Source: an uncultured delta proteobacterium
GTDB lineage: Bacteria > Desulfobacterota > WTBG01 > CAIYCZ01 > CAIRTM01
Direction of reading: 5' to 3'
DNA: 64,000 bases
NCBI GenBank assembly: GCA_963804955.1
Contig: CAWDSQ010000020.1
Location: 96,001-160,000 of the forward strand
Shown here: piece by piece, positions 9,476 to 20,043 of the stretch
Layout of the letters: every line of letters starts with the position of its first letter
Numbering within the stretch: position 1 is the first letter of the stretch
Translations under genes and position numbers: made by a program
The notes under the pieces: generated by a model
The model's database searches: none
Told to the model about the DNA's origin: nothing
The model's input: the letters and a program-made list of their open reading frames with translations, nothing else

Positions 9476-11258
9476 TCAGTTCCTTAAAGATGTTATGTCC
9501 TTCAGCCTGTCTTCAAGAAGCAGTGATACAGCTTTTTTGAGCGCATTGTATGCATCGGGATTTTCGCTTTTCTGGTCGAATATGGTTTCTCCGATCACGA
9601 GCATTGTCGAGCCTATTTGAACGGTGCTTCTGTTGTCGAGCGTCCCTGACATAGATCTGCTCCTGCGTGCCGGTATCAAGGTCAAGAAGCTCGACAGCGT
9701 TTTTGCGCAGCTCCAGCCAGCAGTCTCTGCTAGCCCAGTTCCACTCCATGGGGGAAATGATTATGTAATCATACCCCTCGTCTATCCAGTCTCTGACCTG
9801 CTCGCCCACGCCCGGCAGCCCGTCTTCGGCTGTGTTGGCATATTCAGAATACCTGATCAGGCAGGGCGGAGATGAGGCATGAATCTGCCGCTTCCGCAGA
9901 GCAAAATAGGCGTTTATCCGAGAATTGCGAATGGGGTTGTTGACGATATTGGAAACATCGTAGAGCCTGTTGGTTGTGCTGCTGCCATGTGCGGCCAGGA
10001 TAATGCCGATTTTTTTGCCGGCGGGTATGGCCAGGGAGTCTACCAGCTGCCGGACGCTGAGGAACAGCGAGCGGTAGAAATCCCTGTAGTCCATCAACTG
10101 GAACCTGTTCGTGGAAATGGCGCCGAGCCGGACTGCGGTGCCGAGTTTTTTGTTTGCTTTATCAAGGGCCTGCTGAAAGTGTGGCCAGGAGCCTGAAGAC
10201 ATTTCAAACTCATTGGCTTTATTGTAGAAGTCATAGACGAAAACGGATGTCGCCCCGTTTTTTATATGATTTTCAAGCTTTTCCTCGAGAATGTCTTCAG
10301 GTTCTTCATAGGCTACAGGCCTTTCAAATTCGAACATGCTGAACCAGTCGCCGATGAGATTGTACCGGTCTGCAAAACCTTCAACAGTTTCACTGAAGAA
10401 ATTGATGGCGTCGGGCTGTGAGTCAACCGGTCCAAGGCTTTTATAGATCATGATGTTATCAAGGGCCGTGAATTCCCATATATCGGGAATGCCGTTTGGA
10501 GCAGGTTTTTCAAAAAACGGGGTTGTAGAGCAGAGGGTCCCCGGATTCCAGCTCACCGGGCCGCCAACAGGCTGTGCCGTCAGGTCAACGGGATTTTGCG
10601 GGATATCCTCGCTACGGGTCGACGGGTTGAGCGGGTCGAGCACAACTGTTGTCTGGTCTTCAAAGCAAAAACCGGGAATGAAGCCGAGGCTGCGCAGATG
10701 CGTCATAAGGCTTGCGCCGAACGTGAGATGGGCCGTCAGCTGCTCCTCCAGGCTGTTCTCGTCCAGCTCTCCAGTATCGGGCTCAAGAGGTGCTCCCATC
10801 ACGATCAGGGGCTTTGAAAGGTCGATTTCCCGATTGCGTATCATGAATCCCTTGAACGTGGGGATTATGCCTTTGGCATTGTAGGGCGCGGCTTTTATGT
10901 CGATCGGATTGCCTTCAGCATCAAGCGGCACGGCATTGTAGAAGACAAAGCCGTCCCGGATGGATGTTGTATCGAACCGGGCTTTATAATCGGGCGGATA
11001 GCCTGTAAAACTGAAAGCCGCGGACTCATTGTCCGTCCAGATCCGGTACTGCATGGCAGCCGGAACAGGCGCACCATCTCCCCGGACTGAAGCTTTCAGC
11101 TGTATGACCCCTGATACCTCGTCGCAGCCCATGGGATTTTCATAGTAAATTCGTATTTCACCTTTATCGGGATCAACAGGGCGGGTGCATGAAAGTGATA
11201 CAAAAAGAAAAAAACACGAAAACACATGCTGTGATGCGGTGGAAATTATGCATGACAT
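9476..11258 (-). CDS. Putative lipoprotein: Ig-like domain plus ferrochelatase/class II chelatase-like fold; C-terminal frameshift
   Basis: AGGAG RBS, hydrophobic stretch then LSC; PPDYKARFDTTSIRDG...DAEGN (Ig-like); GIILAAHGS; PGVGEQVRDWIDEGYDYIIISP. Confidence 0.65.
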
Positions 11259-11525
11259 TCTCTCCTGCTGTATGATGGTCATAAAAAACGCTTTTTTTAT
11301 TACCACTGGAAATTAAGTTGCAAGACCCATGACATTTCAAGGACTGCCTTGCGGGGCAGAATGACAGCCGGGACTCGACGAGAGTAAAGGGCAGGGTCTA
11401 TTTATAAGTAAATAAGTAATTCTAATCAGACTGTTGTTATCATCCCGGCGCACGTCATTACCATAGAAGATATACTGAGCTTAACATCAAAACACGAACA
11501 ATGAAGTTTCTCAACATGCCGCATA

Positions 11526-12037
11526 TCAGCTCTGATGCATGAGTGCAAGCAGCAGCCGTGAAACATCATCCTTATGGCTCACCAGCACCAGCCTGGCAGC
11601 TGTGTTCCGGACCAAACAGCAGGCTGCCCAGATGGAAGCTGTCAGCCTCAACCACGCATCCCAGAACGCGGGGAGCATGCTTTTCCAGAAGCCGGTCAAC
11701 AGTGCGGTAAAAATTAGTGGAGCCGTCGTCGGACAGAAGCACCACCCTCGAGATGCGCTGGCCCTGGGCCGTATGCTGATTGAGCAGGTCAATGCCATGG
11801 CCCTCCATGGTCAAGTATTGCGGCTGCTGTCTCAAGGCCCCGGACGATGCGGCCGCTGCGGCGTGCGGCAAGCAGGGCATTTTTAAGAGGTGCGGAAAAA
11901 TCAAGGACCGGCACATCGAGTGTGCCGCCCTCCCTGAGCTTTCTGGTGCGCGACTGCAGCACAGACAGGATAGTAGTGCCGGGGTGCTGCGCTTCGATTT
12001 GCCGGGGAAGCTTATACATACATGAATGTTCCGCCAT
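11526..12037 (-). CDS. L7Ae/YlxQ-like RNA-binding protein with N-terminal extension; two frameshifts
   Basis: LLAARRSGRIVRGLE / SRVVLLSDDGSTN / HLGSLLFG...ARLVLVSHKDDVSRLL align by eye with the L7Ae fold. Confidence 0.65.
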
Positions 12038-12329
12038 TTTGAGATCCGTGAAGTTACCGTATAGGTGAGTGATGATACAGCTTCTGATTATCCGTATATT
12101 CCGGTATGAATACAACTTCAAAGTGACCTTGCGTGGCAAGGCGCATTATTGAACAGAAGCAACAAGAGGATGACATAAATTTACTGATCCTTTATGTGTT
12201 GTTTCTTGTATTTTAATAAACATACACTGCCTTTATTGTTGACTCCCCTGACCAGCAGTCATAGAATCCCCCTGAGTTTTTAAGCACGGCAAGGGCTGTT
12301 GTAATTTTTTATTCACCATATAGGGAGAT

Positions 12330-13160
12330 ATGCCAATGCCACAGAGCGCCGATACAAAGATCATGGCCGTTTTCTGCGACTTTGAAAATGTTGCCCTGGG
12401 CGTCCGTGACTCGCAGTATGACCAGTTCAATATTTCACGGGTGCTGGAGCGGCTCCTGCTGAAAGGAAATATCGTTGTCAAGAAGGCCTACTGCGACTGG
12501 GCCCGCTACCAGGATTTCAAGGCCGCCATGCACGAGGCGTCTTTTGAGCTGATCGAGATACCGCATGTGCGGCAGTCCGGCAAAAACTCCGCCGACATAC
12601 GCATGGTCGTCGACGCCCTTGACCTGTGCTATACCAAGGCGCATGTTGATACCTTCGTGATCATCAGCGGCGACTCCGACTTCTCCCCCCTGGTGAGCAA
12701 ACTGCGCGAGAACAACAAGACCGTCATCGGCGTAGGCGTCAAGAACTCGACATCCGACCTGCTGATTGCCAATTGCGATGAGTTCATTTATTACGACGAC
12801 CTTGCCCGGCGCAAAAAGCCCGTCGCCAAAGGCCCCGGCTGCACAAGGCCGGGCAAAAGCCGGCGCGGGCTGCAAAAAGCAAGGCAGCCGCGCAGCTCTG
12901 ACGACAAGAAGCAGGAGGCCTGGGACATGATCGTCGAGACCTATGAGGCGCTTCTGGAGGAGCGCGGGGCGGAGGACAAGATATGGGGCTCCATGATCAA
13001 GCAGGCCCTCAAGCGGCGCAAGCCCGGCTTCAGCGAATCCTATTACGGCTTTAAATCCTTCGGCGAACTGCTGGAGCAGGCCGAAGCAAAAGGCATTCTC
13101 GAGCTTGAGCGCGACCAGAAATCGGGCGGTTTCATAATCAAGGGTTCCCACACACCCTGA
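12330..13160 (+). CDS. NYN-domain (LabA/DUF88) RNase with C-terminal LOTUS/OST-HTH
   Basis: AVFCDFEN, GKNSADIRMVVDA, ISGDSDFSPL; PGFSESYYGFKSFGELL. Confidence 0.92.
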   Translation: MPMPQSADTKIMAVFCDFENVALGVRDSQYDQFNISRVLERLLLKGNIVVKKAYCDWARYQDFKAAMHEASFELIEIPHVRQSGKNSADIRMVVDALDLCYTKAHVDTFVIISGDSDFSPLVSKLRENNKTVIGVGVKNSTSDLLIANCDEFIYYDDLARRKKPVAKGPGCTRPGKSRRGLQKARQPRSSDDKKQEAWDMIVETYEALLEERGAEDKIWGSMIKQALKRRKPGFSESYYGFKSFGELLEQAEAKGILELERDQKSGGFIIKGSHTP

Positions 13161-13228
13161 TCCCTTATGAGCCGTTCTATGCTGTCGCAGGCGGCAGTAC
13201 AATAACTTACTGAGAGATAGAGGTAACC

Positions 13229-13867
13229 ATGTGTTTAAAAATACTGGCATTTATGGGAAGCCCGCGCACGAAGGGCCTGTGTTCGCAGTTTGCCGCAAGC
13301 GCATTGCAGGGAGCAGCAAGCCGCGGCGCAGAGGTACAGCAGATTAACCTTGTGTCCTGCACCATCAAGCACTGCACCGGGTGCCACAGCTGCGTGTATA
13401 ATAACCATGAGCTGCCCATCGGCATCTGCCCCCTCAAGGACGATATGGCCGGCATCCTTGAGCAGTATCTGGCTGCAGACGGCTTTGTCATGGCATGCCC
13501 GGTGTATGATTTCACCGTGACTTCCATCATGAAAGCCTTTATCGAGCGGCGTTTCCCCATGTATAAAAAACAGAAAGGCCTGCATGGCAAAATACCTGAG
13601 GTTCGGGTCCCGCAGGGTTTCAAAAAAAAGGCTGTTCTTATAGCAACCGGCGATGCTTCTGATGAATATTCAGCCATTGCCGAGCCGTGCTTTGACGTTA
13701 TGTCCGGACACTTCATGGTCGAGGAGATAGACGTGGTGAGCCAGCTCTATGTGGGCTATATCCATAATGTGGATGAGCAGCGGTATAAAGAAAAGATGCA
13801 GGAGACATTCACTATGGGTGTGCGTATGGTGGAGGAGATTGAAAAAGCGCGCATGCAGAAGCCGTAA
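13229..13867 (+). CDS. Iron-sulfur flavoprotein / flavodoxin family protein
   Basis: GSPR, HCTGCHSC...C, ACPVY...MKAFIER. Confidence 0.9.
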   Translation: MCLKILAFMGSPRTKGLCSQFAASALQGAASRGAEVQQINLVSCTIKHCTGCHSCVYNNHELPIGICPLKDDMAGILEQYLAADGFVMACPVYDFTVTSIMKAFIERRFPMYKKQKGLHGKIPEVRVPQGFKKKAVLIATGDASDEYSAIAEPCFDVMSGHFMVEEIDVVSQLYVGYIHNVDEQRYKEKMQETFTMGVRMVEEIEKARMQKP

Positions 13868-13909
13868 CTGCGCGAAGGAACAAACGGGGCAGGTGCCTGC
13901 ACGTTACAA

Positions 13910-13950
13910 CATAAAAAAAGCCGCCTGTATGCAAGGCGGCTTTTTTTATG
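13910..13950. terminator. Bidirectional terminator between the flavoprotein gene and tRNA-Ser
   Basis: cataaaaaaagccgcct-gtatgca-aggcggctttttttatg. Confidence 0.85.
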
Positions 13951-13975
13951 CAGGACTGAGCCTGAGTAAGCTGTT

Positions 13976-14068
13976 TGGCGGAAGAGGAGGGATTCGAACC
14001 CTCGGTCCCGTTTAACACGGGACAACGGTTTTCGAGACCGCCGCCTTCAACCGCTCGGCCACCCTTCC
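13976..14068 (-). tRNA. tRNA-Ser(CGA)
   Basis: GGAAGGG acceptor, anticodon loop CT-CGA-AA, long variable arm, GGTTCGAATCC, CCA end. Confidence 0.97.
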
Positions 14069-14098
14069 GCTGATTTTTTTTTATTTGACTGTGGTCTT

Positions 14099-14980
14099 TC
14101 AGAGACCGCGCATGAATTCCTTGCGCAAGTGCTTATCGCTTCGGGAAGATAGCACAAAATCGAGTTGTTGCAAAATGGTTTCTTTGTCTTTGGGCAGCCG
14201 GGCCTGCACGGGAAAGTAGTTTGATGCGTGGTTTGAGAAAAACAGGCAATTCTCAAGCTCCGACTCAGCAATCATATCGCGCAGCTCACGCACAAGCTCA
14301 AACTTGTCGGGCAGCACAAAATCGCCTTTTTTCATCTCATCATACAGCGGCGTGCCCGGCACGACCATGAGGGTAAGGGCCCCTATATGATTGGGTTTCA
14401 TGCGGTTGAGAACACGCATGGTTTCAACGGCATGGACGCTGCCGCGCTCTGTTCCGCCTATTCCCAGCAGCACGGTCACATTGAGCTTTATGCCTGCCTG
14501 CCGGATTTTTAAAGCAGCCTCGACCATTTGATCGACGGCGGCGCCTTTATGAATGCGCACAAGCGTTACCGGGTCGCCGGATTCAAGGCCCAGATAGACG
14601 ATGCCGAGCCTGCGTTTTTTCAGCTCGGCAAGATCATCGTTTGATTTTCTCAAAACGCTTTTTGCATTGCCGTATATCCCGATGCGCTGGAGCCGGGGGA
14701 AGGCACAGTTAAGGGCATCAAGGATATCGATCAATTTTTCCTGAGGTATGATGAGGGGATCTCCATCGCACAGGAATACACGGCGCACGGTTTGTGCGCC
14801 ATAAGTCTTGAGTGCCTGCTGTATATCGCGCTTGATATCTTCAAGCGGTTTTATGCGGAATTTTTTGTCTTTGAAGGCGGGGCAAAACGTGCACCTGTTA
14901 TGCGAGCAGCCGACGGTTACCTGCAGGATCAGGCTGTCTGCTTCGCTGGGGGGGCGGATAATCCGGCCTTCGTAATTCAT
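14099..14980 (-). CDS. Uncharacterised radical SAM protein
   Basis: YEGRIIRPPSEA...GCSHNRCTFC; start overlaps the hisS stop (ATGA). Confidence 0.9.
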   Translation of the reverse strand: MNYEGRIIRPPSEADSLILQVTVGCSHNRCTFCPAFKDKKFRIKPLEDIKRDIQQALKTYGAQTVRRVFLCDGDPLIIPQEKLIDILDALNCAFPRLQRIGIYGNAKSVLRKSNDDLAELKKRRLGIVYLGLESGDPVTLVRIHKGAAVDQMVEAALKIRQAGIKLNVTVLLGIGGTERGSVHAVETMRVLNRMKPNHIGALTLMVVPGTPLYDEMKKGDFVLPDKFELVRELRDMIAESELENCLFFSNHASNYFPVQARLPKDKETILQQLDFVLSSRSDKHLRKEFMRGL

Positions 14981-16302
14981 GGCTTGCGGAGCTGCGCATG
15001 CAGCCATGCTGCGAGATCTGTTTGCAGGAGTGTCTCCTGCGTGCCGGCTGTCATATTTTTAACTGTTATTTTGCCTGCACGGTCTTCATCCGGGCCCAGT
15101 ATCGCGACAAAAGGTATGGCCTTGTGCGATGCATAGGTGAGCTGTTTTTTCAGCTTATCTGGGCTGAAATACACCTCCGTATTTATGCCGGCATCGCGCA
15201 GCATGCGTGCTATCTGGAGATTGCGGGGCATGAGCTCCCGGTCAAACTGGGTTATAAGCACCTGCGTGAGCAGGTTGCTTTGCCTCTGCCGAGCCGAGCT
15301 CCTCCATGATGGTGATCAGGCGCTCAAGACCGAAGGAGGTGCCCGTAGCAGGGAAGGTTTCTTTTGAAAAAAGGCCGATAAGGTTGTCATAGCGGCCGCC
15401 GCCGGTGATGCTGCCTATTTTCGGCTCGGTAACGATGGTTTCAAAAATAGGGCCGGTATAATAATCAAGGCCCCGGGCAAGGGTAAAGTCAAACCGGTAG
15501 CAGGCAGGGTCAACATCATGGCCCTTGAGCGTTTCATGAATAATGCGCAGCTCAGCTAAACCTTCCTGCCCGAGTGCATGCCCCTGCACAAGCCCGTCAA
15601 GCAGAGCAGGCATGTCTCATGGTCAGCCGCATCGCCTTCTGAAGTCAGGGACGCGAGGCTTGAGCGGAGCCGGTCGCTTAAAAGTCCCTTTTCCGTGAGT
15701 TCCGCAAAAACCCCCTCAAGCCCCGTTTTATCAAGCTTGTCCAGAGAGCGGAGAAAGTCCGGGAGCTTGTCTTCAGGTATGCCGTTGTTGACGGCAAAGG
15801 CATTGAGGATTTTGCGGTTGTTGATGCGGATAATGAAATTTTTGAATCCGAGCTCTTTGAGTACCGTATAGGTAATGACCAGCAGCTCGCCGTCGGCATA
15901 CATGCTCGTGGTGCCGATAATGTCTATGTCGCACTGATAGAATTCGCGGAAGCGGCCTTTCTGGGGCTTGTCAGCGCGCCAGACAGGCGCTATGTGATAG
16001 CGCTTGAAGGGCTTGATAATTTCCGGGTGCATGGCAACAACCCGGGAAAGCGGTATCGTCAGATCATAGCGCAGGGCGACCATGCGCTCGCCGCGGTCCT
16101 GAAATTTATAAATGAGGCGGTCGCCTTCCTCGCCGTACTTTCCGAGCAGCGTTTCTGCGTATTCAAGGCAGGGCGTGTCAAGGGGCTCAAATCCGAAGCG
16201 CTCGAAAACATCGGTCATTTTCGCCATGAGCCGCTTGCGCAGGCGCATGCGCTCCGGAAGAAAATCTCTAAAGCCTTTTGGTATCTGGGGTTCCATAGAC
16301 AT
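14977..16302 (-). CDS. hisS: Histidine--tRNA ligase; frameshifted
   Basis: PKGFRDF, ALRYDLT, QKGRFREFYQCDID, RGLDYYTG, GGGRYD. Confidence 0.95.
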
Positions 16303-16329
16303 GTACCGGTAAAATATGCTGAGTTTGGG

Positions 16330-17921
16330 TCACGAGGGAGAACCGCCTGCTTTTTTGGCGGCATATGATTTAAAATAGGCAATGCCTGTCCGGATTACGG
16401 AGCTGCAAAAGCTGTTTTCAGAGGGTTTCATATCCAGAGATTCAAGGCCAAGGGCCTGGGCAAATGCGATTTTTGCATGGTCCGTGTCACCCTTTACATG
16501 AAAAATATAGGCAAGCTCTTCAAGCCGCCTGCGGAATTTTTTCAGGCGCTCCTGCGTAAAAAAATCATCAGCCGTTTTTTTAATCAGTTCCGTTTCGCTG
16601 GCCTCATCGTTCACAGCAGCATCAGGCGCAGTGTCTTCACCGGCCTGCCTGAACCGCTGCCACATGCTGCGGGCGCTGTCGGTAACAATAAACCAGAACG
16701 GTATTTCGGTTTGTTTCAAGAAGTTTTTCAGACTCTTGAAGCAGCGCGGTATCCGCCTGTATATCAGCCGGGCTGTACACCTGGTAGATGGGCGGCAGTG
16801 AGTCCGCCGGCAATATATCGCTGAACAGTGTTCTCCATTGCACCATATTGGGCGACACGCTGCCGGCTTGCCGCTCGGTGAGGGCCGCCGCCTCCTGCAC
16901 GAGATACGCGGCTTTGTCGGCTGGTATTTCGGTGAATTCAATTTTTTTGTCGGAAAAAAGATTTTTTATCAGCTTCTGCGCTTCGCGGCGCAGCGATGTA
17001 ATAGCCTCTATATCGGCTATGCCTGTTTCCTGGCTGAGCATGATATTGAAAATTTTTATCTCGTGCTGCGATATGGGCTTGAGCATGAAAATCAGCCTGA
17101 AGCCCTCGGCATCAATCATTGTGGCAAAGGCCCGGGGCTCCGGCAGATCGGCTGTTTTAAAAATGGCTTCCTGGGGCTTCTTTTTTTCAGCAGCAGTCAC
17201 ATCGATGCCCTGCTGCTTTAAAATATGAGCTATTTTTTTTGCGGTTTTCAGAATTTCCTTATTGCCGGTTTTTTCATACAGCTCCGCAAGCAGGGCATAT
17301 GACTGCAGCGTCGGCTCTGACGCTGCAAGCCTGAGCATGGCATGGCCGACAGCCTTATCGATATCAAACAGGCGCGCAAGAAAAATGGCGAATGCAGGGC
17401 CTGCTTCTTCGATGAGCTCCACCATAATGCCCTCCTGCTCTCTGGCGGGGCGGGAAATGAAAAGCTCTATAAGTGACTGCTTCAATATTTCCTGACTGAA
17501 CGCTGTGATTTATTTTTTGCGAAAGCGCGTCCAGATCAAGCAGCCTGCTGGAGATGCCCGATTCGAGAATAATGTCGCTTTTATTGAAAATATCCAGGAT
17601 GATGCGCCCCATGCGCGCGGTTATGACCTCGCGGCCGAGGATATCCTGAAGAAAGCCGATATGCTCAACTCCCTTGAAATGTTTTAAAATCTGGAGGAGA
17701 ATTTCCTTCTCTTTGTAGCCGGCGCGGAGGATTCTTCGCGTTATAACGGGAGCACAGTACTCGTCAGCAGCCTTAAGCGCTTCTGCTGTTTTTTGGTAAA
17801 AGGAGTCAAACTGCTGCTCTTTCAGCGCCTCTGCAACGGCGGTGTCGAGCATGCTTGAGATTATGCTTTTAGTATCCTCAGTGCCGGTTTCATTCCGCTG
17901 AGCGTCTTTGGGTGATGACAT
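16330..17921 (-). CDS. Large helical hypothetical protein upstream of hisS; three frameshifted fragments
   Basis: Overlapping ORFs 17364-17921, 16637-17485 and 16330-16941 form a continuous protein-like reading. Confidence 0.7.
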
Positions 17922-18070
17922 TCTCTCTACATACCTTTCTTCAGCATAAGCGGTTAAATTAATCGATTATAAGGAAAGACCATCCAGATGTCAAAATCAT
18001 TTTGGCGAAAGGGCGCATCAGCTGCAATATGCTGAAATTCATTATTTTTTTAGCCTCAGCAAATTTGCAC

Positions 18071-18099
18071 TTGACGTCTCATGAAAGTTATTTTATTCT
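18071..18099 (+). promoter_or_regulatory. Sigma70 promoter of the tRNA pair
   Basis: TTGACG-17 bp-TATTCT. Confidence 0.7.
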
Positions 18100-18132
18100 A
18101 TTTTAATACTCCGGCACATGTAAAAGCCCTGC

Positions 18133-18206
18133 TGGGGGATCGTACAACGGCAGTACGCCAGACTCTGAATCTGGTTATCAAGGTTCGAATCCTTGTCCCC
18201 CAGCCA
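18133..18206 (+). tRNA. tRNA-Gln(CTG)
   Basis: TGGGGGA...CT-CTG-AA...GGTTCGAATCC...GCCA. Confidence 0.97.
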
Positions 18207-18215
18207 TACCATACA

Positions 18216-18291
18216 GGTCCCATCGTCTAGCGGCCTAGGACGTCGGCCTCTCACGCCGAAAACACGGGTTCGATTCCCGTTGGGACCACCA
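18216..18291 (+). tRNA. tRNA-Glu(CTC)
   Basis: GGTCCCA...CT-CTC-AC...GGTTCGATTCC...ACCA. Confidence 0.97.
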
Positions 18292-18293
18292 GT

Positions 18294-18337
18294 AAACGGG
18301 CACTTGGGCTTTTAAGCCAAGTGCCCGTTTGCTTTTT
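18294..18337 (+). terminator. Terminator after the tRNAs
   Basis: aaacgggcacttgg...ccaagtgcccgttt gcttttt. Confidence 0.8.
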
Positions 18338-18392
18338 GAGCGGAAGCATAGATCACCATAAGAGCATGTATCTTTATTTTGCCGGCATTGAA

Positions 18393-18426
18393 CCGTTTAA
18401 CCCTTCGACATGCTCAGGGCGAACGG
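18393..18426. repeat. REP-like element (CCCTTCGACAxGCTCAGGGCGAACGG type)
   Basis: ccgtttaacccttcgacatgctcagggcgaacgg hairpin. Confidence 0.6.
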
Positions 18427-18528
18427 ATAATGGTCATTTTAAAATGTTTATACAGGCTCTGATGGTTAGTTAAATGCTCTAAACTTAATTGGCTTTGAAT
18501 CAGGAATATCTTATGAATAATACACAGC

Positions 18529-20003
18529 ATGCCATCAGCCCTCGACGGTCTGCATCCGGAGCTGCTGTGGCGTTATTTTGCGGCGATTGCCGGCATTCCC
18601 CATGGGTCGGGCAATGAAGCGGCGCTGGCAGACTATGTGTGCAGCCTTGCAGGTCAGGCGGGATATGTCTGCAGGCGGGACAGCGCCGGCAATGTCTGCC
18701 TGTATGTACCCCCGGCTACCGGCTGCGAAAATGCTCCTGTTGTTGTGCTGCAGGGGCATCTTGATATGGTCTGTGAAAAAAACGAAAATATTGACTTCGA
18801 CTTCCTGCGCTCCGGCATACAGCTTGTTCGGGATACCGGGTGGATCAGGGCAAAAGGCACAACACTCGGGGCTGATAATGGCATTGGCATGGCTGCTGCT
18901 CTGGCAGCGGCTTTTTCACCCGTCATTGTGCACGGGCCCCTGGAAATTCTTTTGACTGCTGATGAAGAGCGCGGCTTGAAGGGCGCCATGGATTTTGATC
19001 CTTCATGGCTCAGCGGCAGAATTTTACTGAACCTCGACTCAGAAAAAACAGGCGCCGTATGCATAGGCTGTGCGGGCGGGGGAAGAGTTAGCTGTGCGGC
19101 TGCCGATTTCCTTTGAGCCGGTTCCTGCTCGGCATGCAGCTGTTGCGGTTGCGGATTTCCGGTCTGCGGGGCGGACATTCCGGCCTTAATATTCATGAAA
19201 ACAGGGGCAATGCCGTAAAGCTGCTCGCCTGCCTGCTCAATACAGTAAGGACTATGGATATATCTCTGTGCGCCATGGCAGGCGGTGATAAGCATAATGC
19301 GATACCGCGGGAAGCAGCGGCAGTTCTGTGCCTGCCAAAAGAACAGATTGAGGAAGTTCGTTCACGACTGAATGCTGCATACGGCGTTCTTGCACGCGGC
19401 TGCCCGCAGGAACCCGCCATGATGATGAGCTTTGATGAAATTGAACCTCAGCATCAGGCTGTTTCCTGCAGCCATTTCTCCCGCATACTTGATCTGCTCA
19501 ACGGGCTCCCGAACGGCGTTCTTGCCATGAGCATGGATATTCCCGGACTTGTTGAAACCTCCTGCAATCTTGCCTCTGCAGCCCTTCATGGTTCATCGCT
19601 TGACATTGATCTCATGCCGAGATCTTCTCATATACCCGGACTGGACAGGGTGACTGACCAGATACAGGCTATTGCCGGGCTGGCAGGAGGCATCTGCTGC
19701 CGGGAAACGCCCTATCCCGGCTGGGAACCCCGCCTGAACTCGCCGGTGCTGCACTGTGTCGAAACGGTTCATGAAAAACTTTTCGGCTCGAAGCCTCTGC
19801 TGGAGGCAACCCATGCCGGCCTTGAGTGCGGCATTATCGGGCAAAAATGCAGCGGCATGGATATGCTGTCATTTGGCCCTGACATAGCAGACTGCCATTC
19901 GCCTGCGGAAAAAGTTCTCATTTCCAGTGTTGAAAAGTTCTGGCTGCTGCTGTGCGGGGTGCTGGAACATATTGCCAAAAAGGGCATTACAGCATATACT
20001 TAA
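18529..20003 (+). CDS. pepD: Aminoacyl-histidine dipeptidase (M20C); frameshift near 19100
   Basis: LQGHLDMVCEK, GTTLGADNGIG, DEE, GGHSG, HAGLECG, HSPAE. Confidence 0.93.
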
Positions 20004-20043
20004 TAGCTAGTAGGGAAGCTGTAACTTTTTTATAAGGCAGCGC

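Noticed and set aside
11318..11334. Sigma54 promoter for the lipoprotein gene (TGTCAT-N5-TTGC on the minus strand)
   Set aside because: Lacks the invariant GG at -24
12435..13250. 271-aa antisense ORF over the NYN gene, and similar shadow ORFs elsewhere
   Set aside because: Expected shadow of GC-rich codon usage; no recognisable motifs
13976..14068. Prophage or ICE attachment at tRNA-Ser
   Set aside because: No integrase, phage genes or duplicated tRNA end seen; a terminator follows directly
14977..16302. hisS (and smc, miaB, comEC) as true pseudogenes or programmed frameshifts
   Set aside because: Motifs are intact, no in-frame nonsense decay was noticed, and indels occur throughout the window, which fits assembly error
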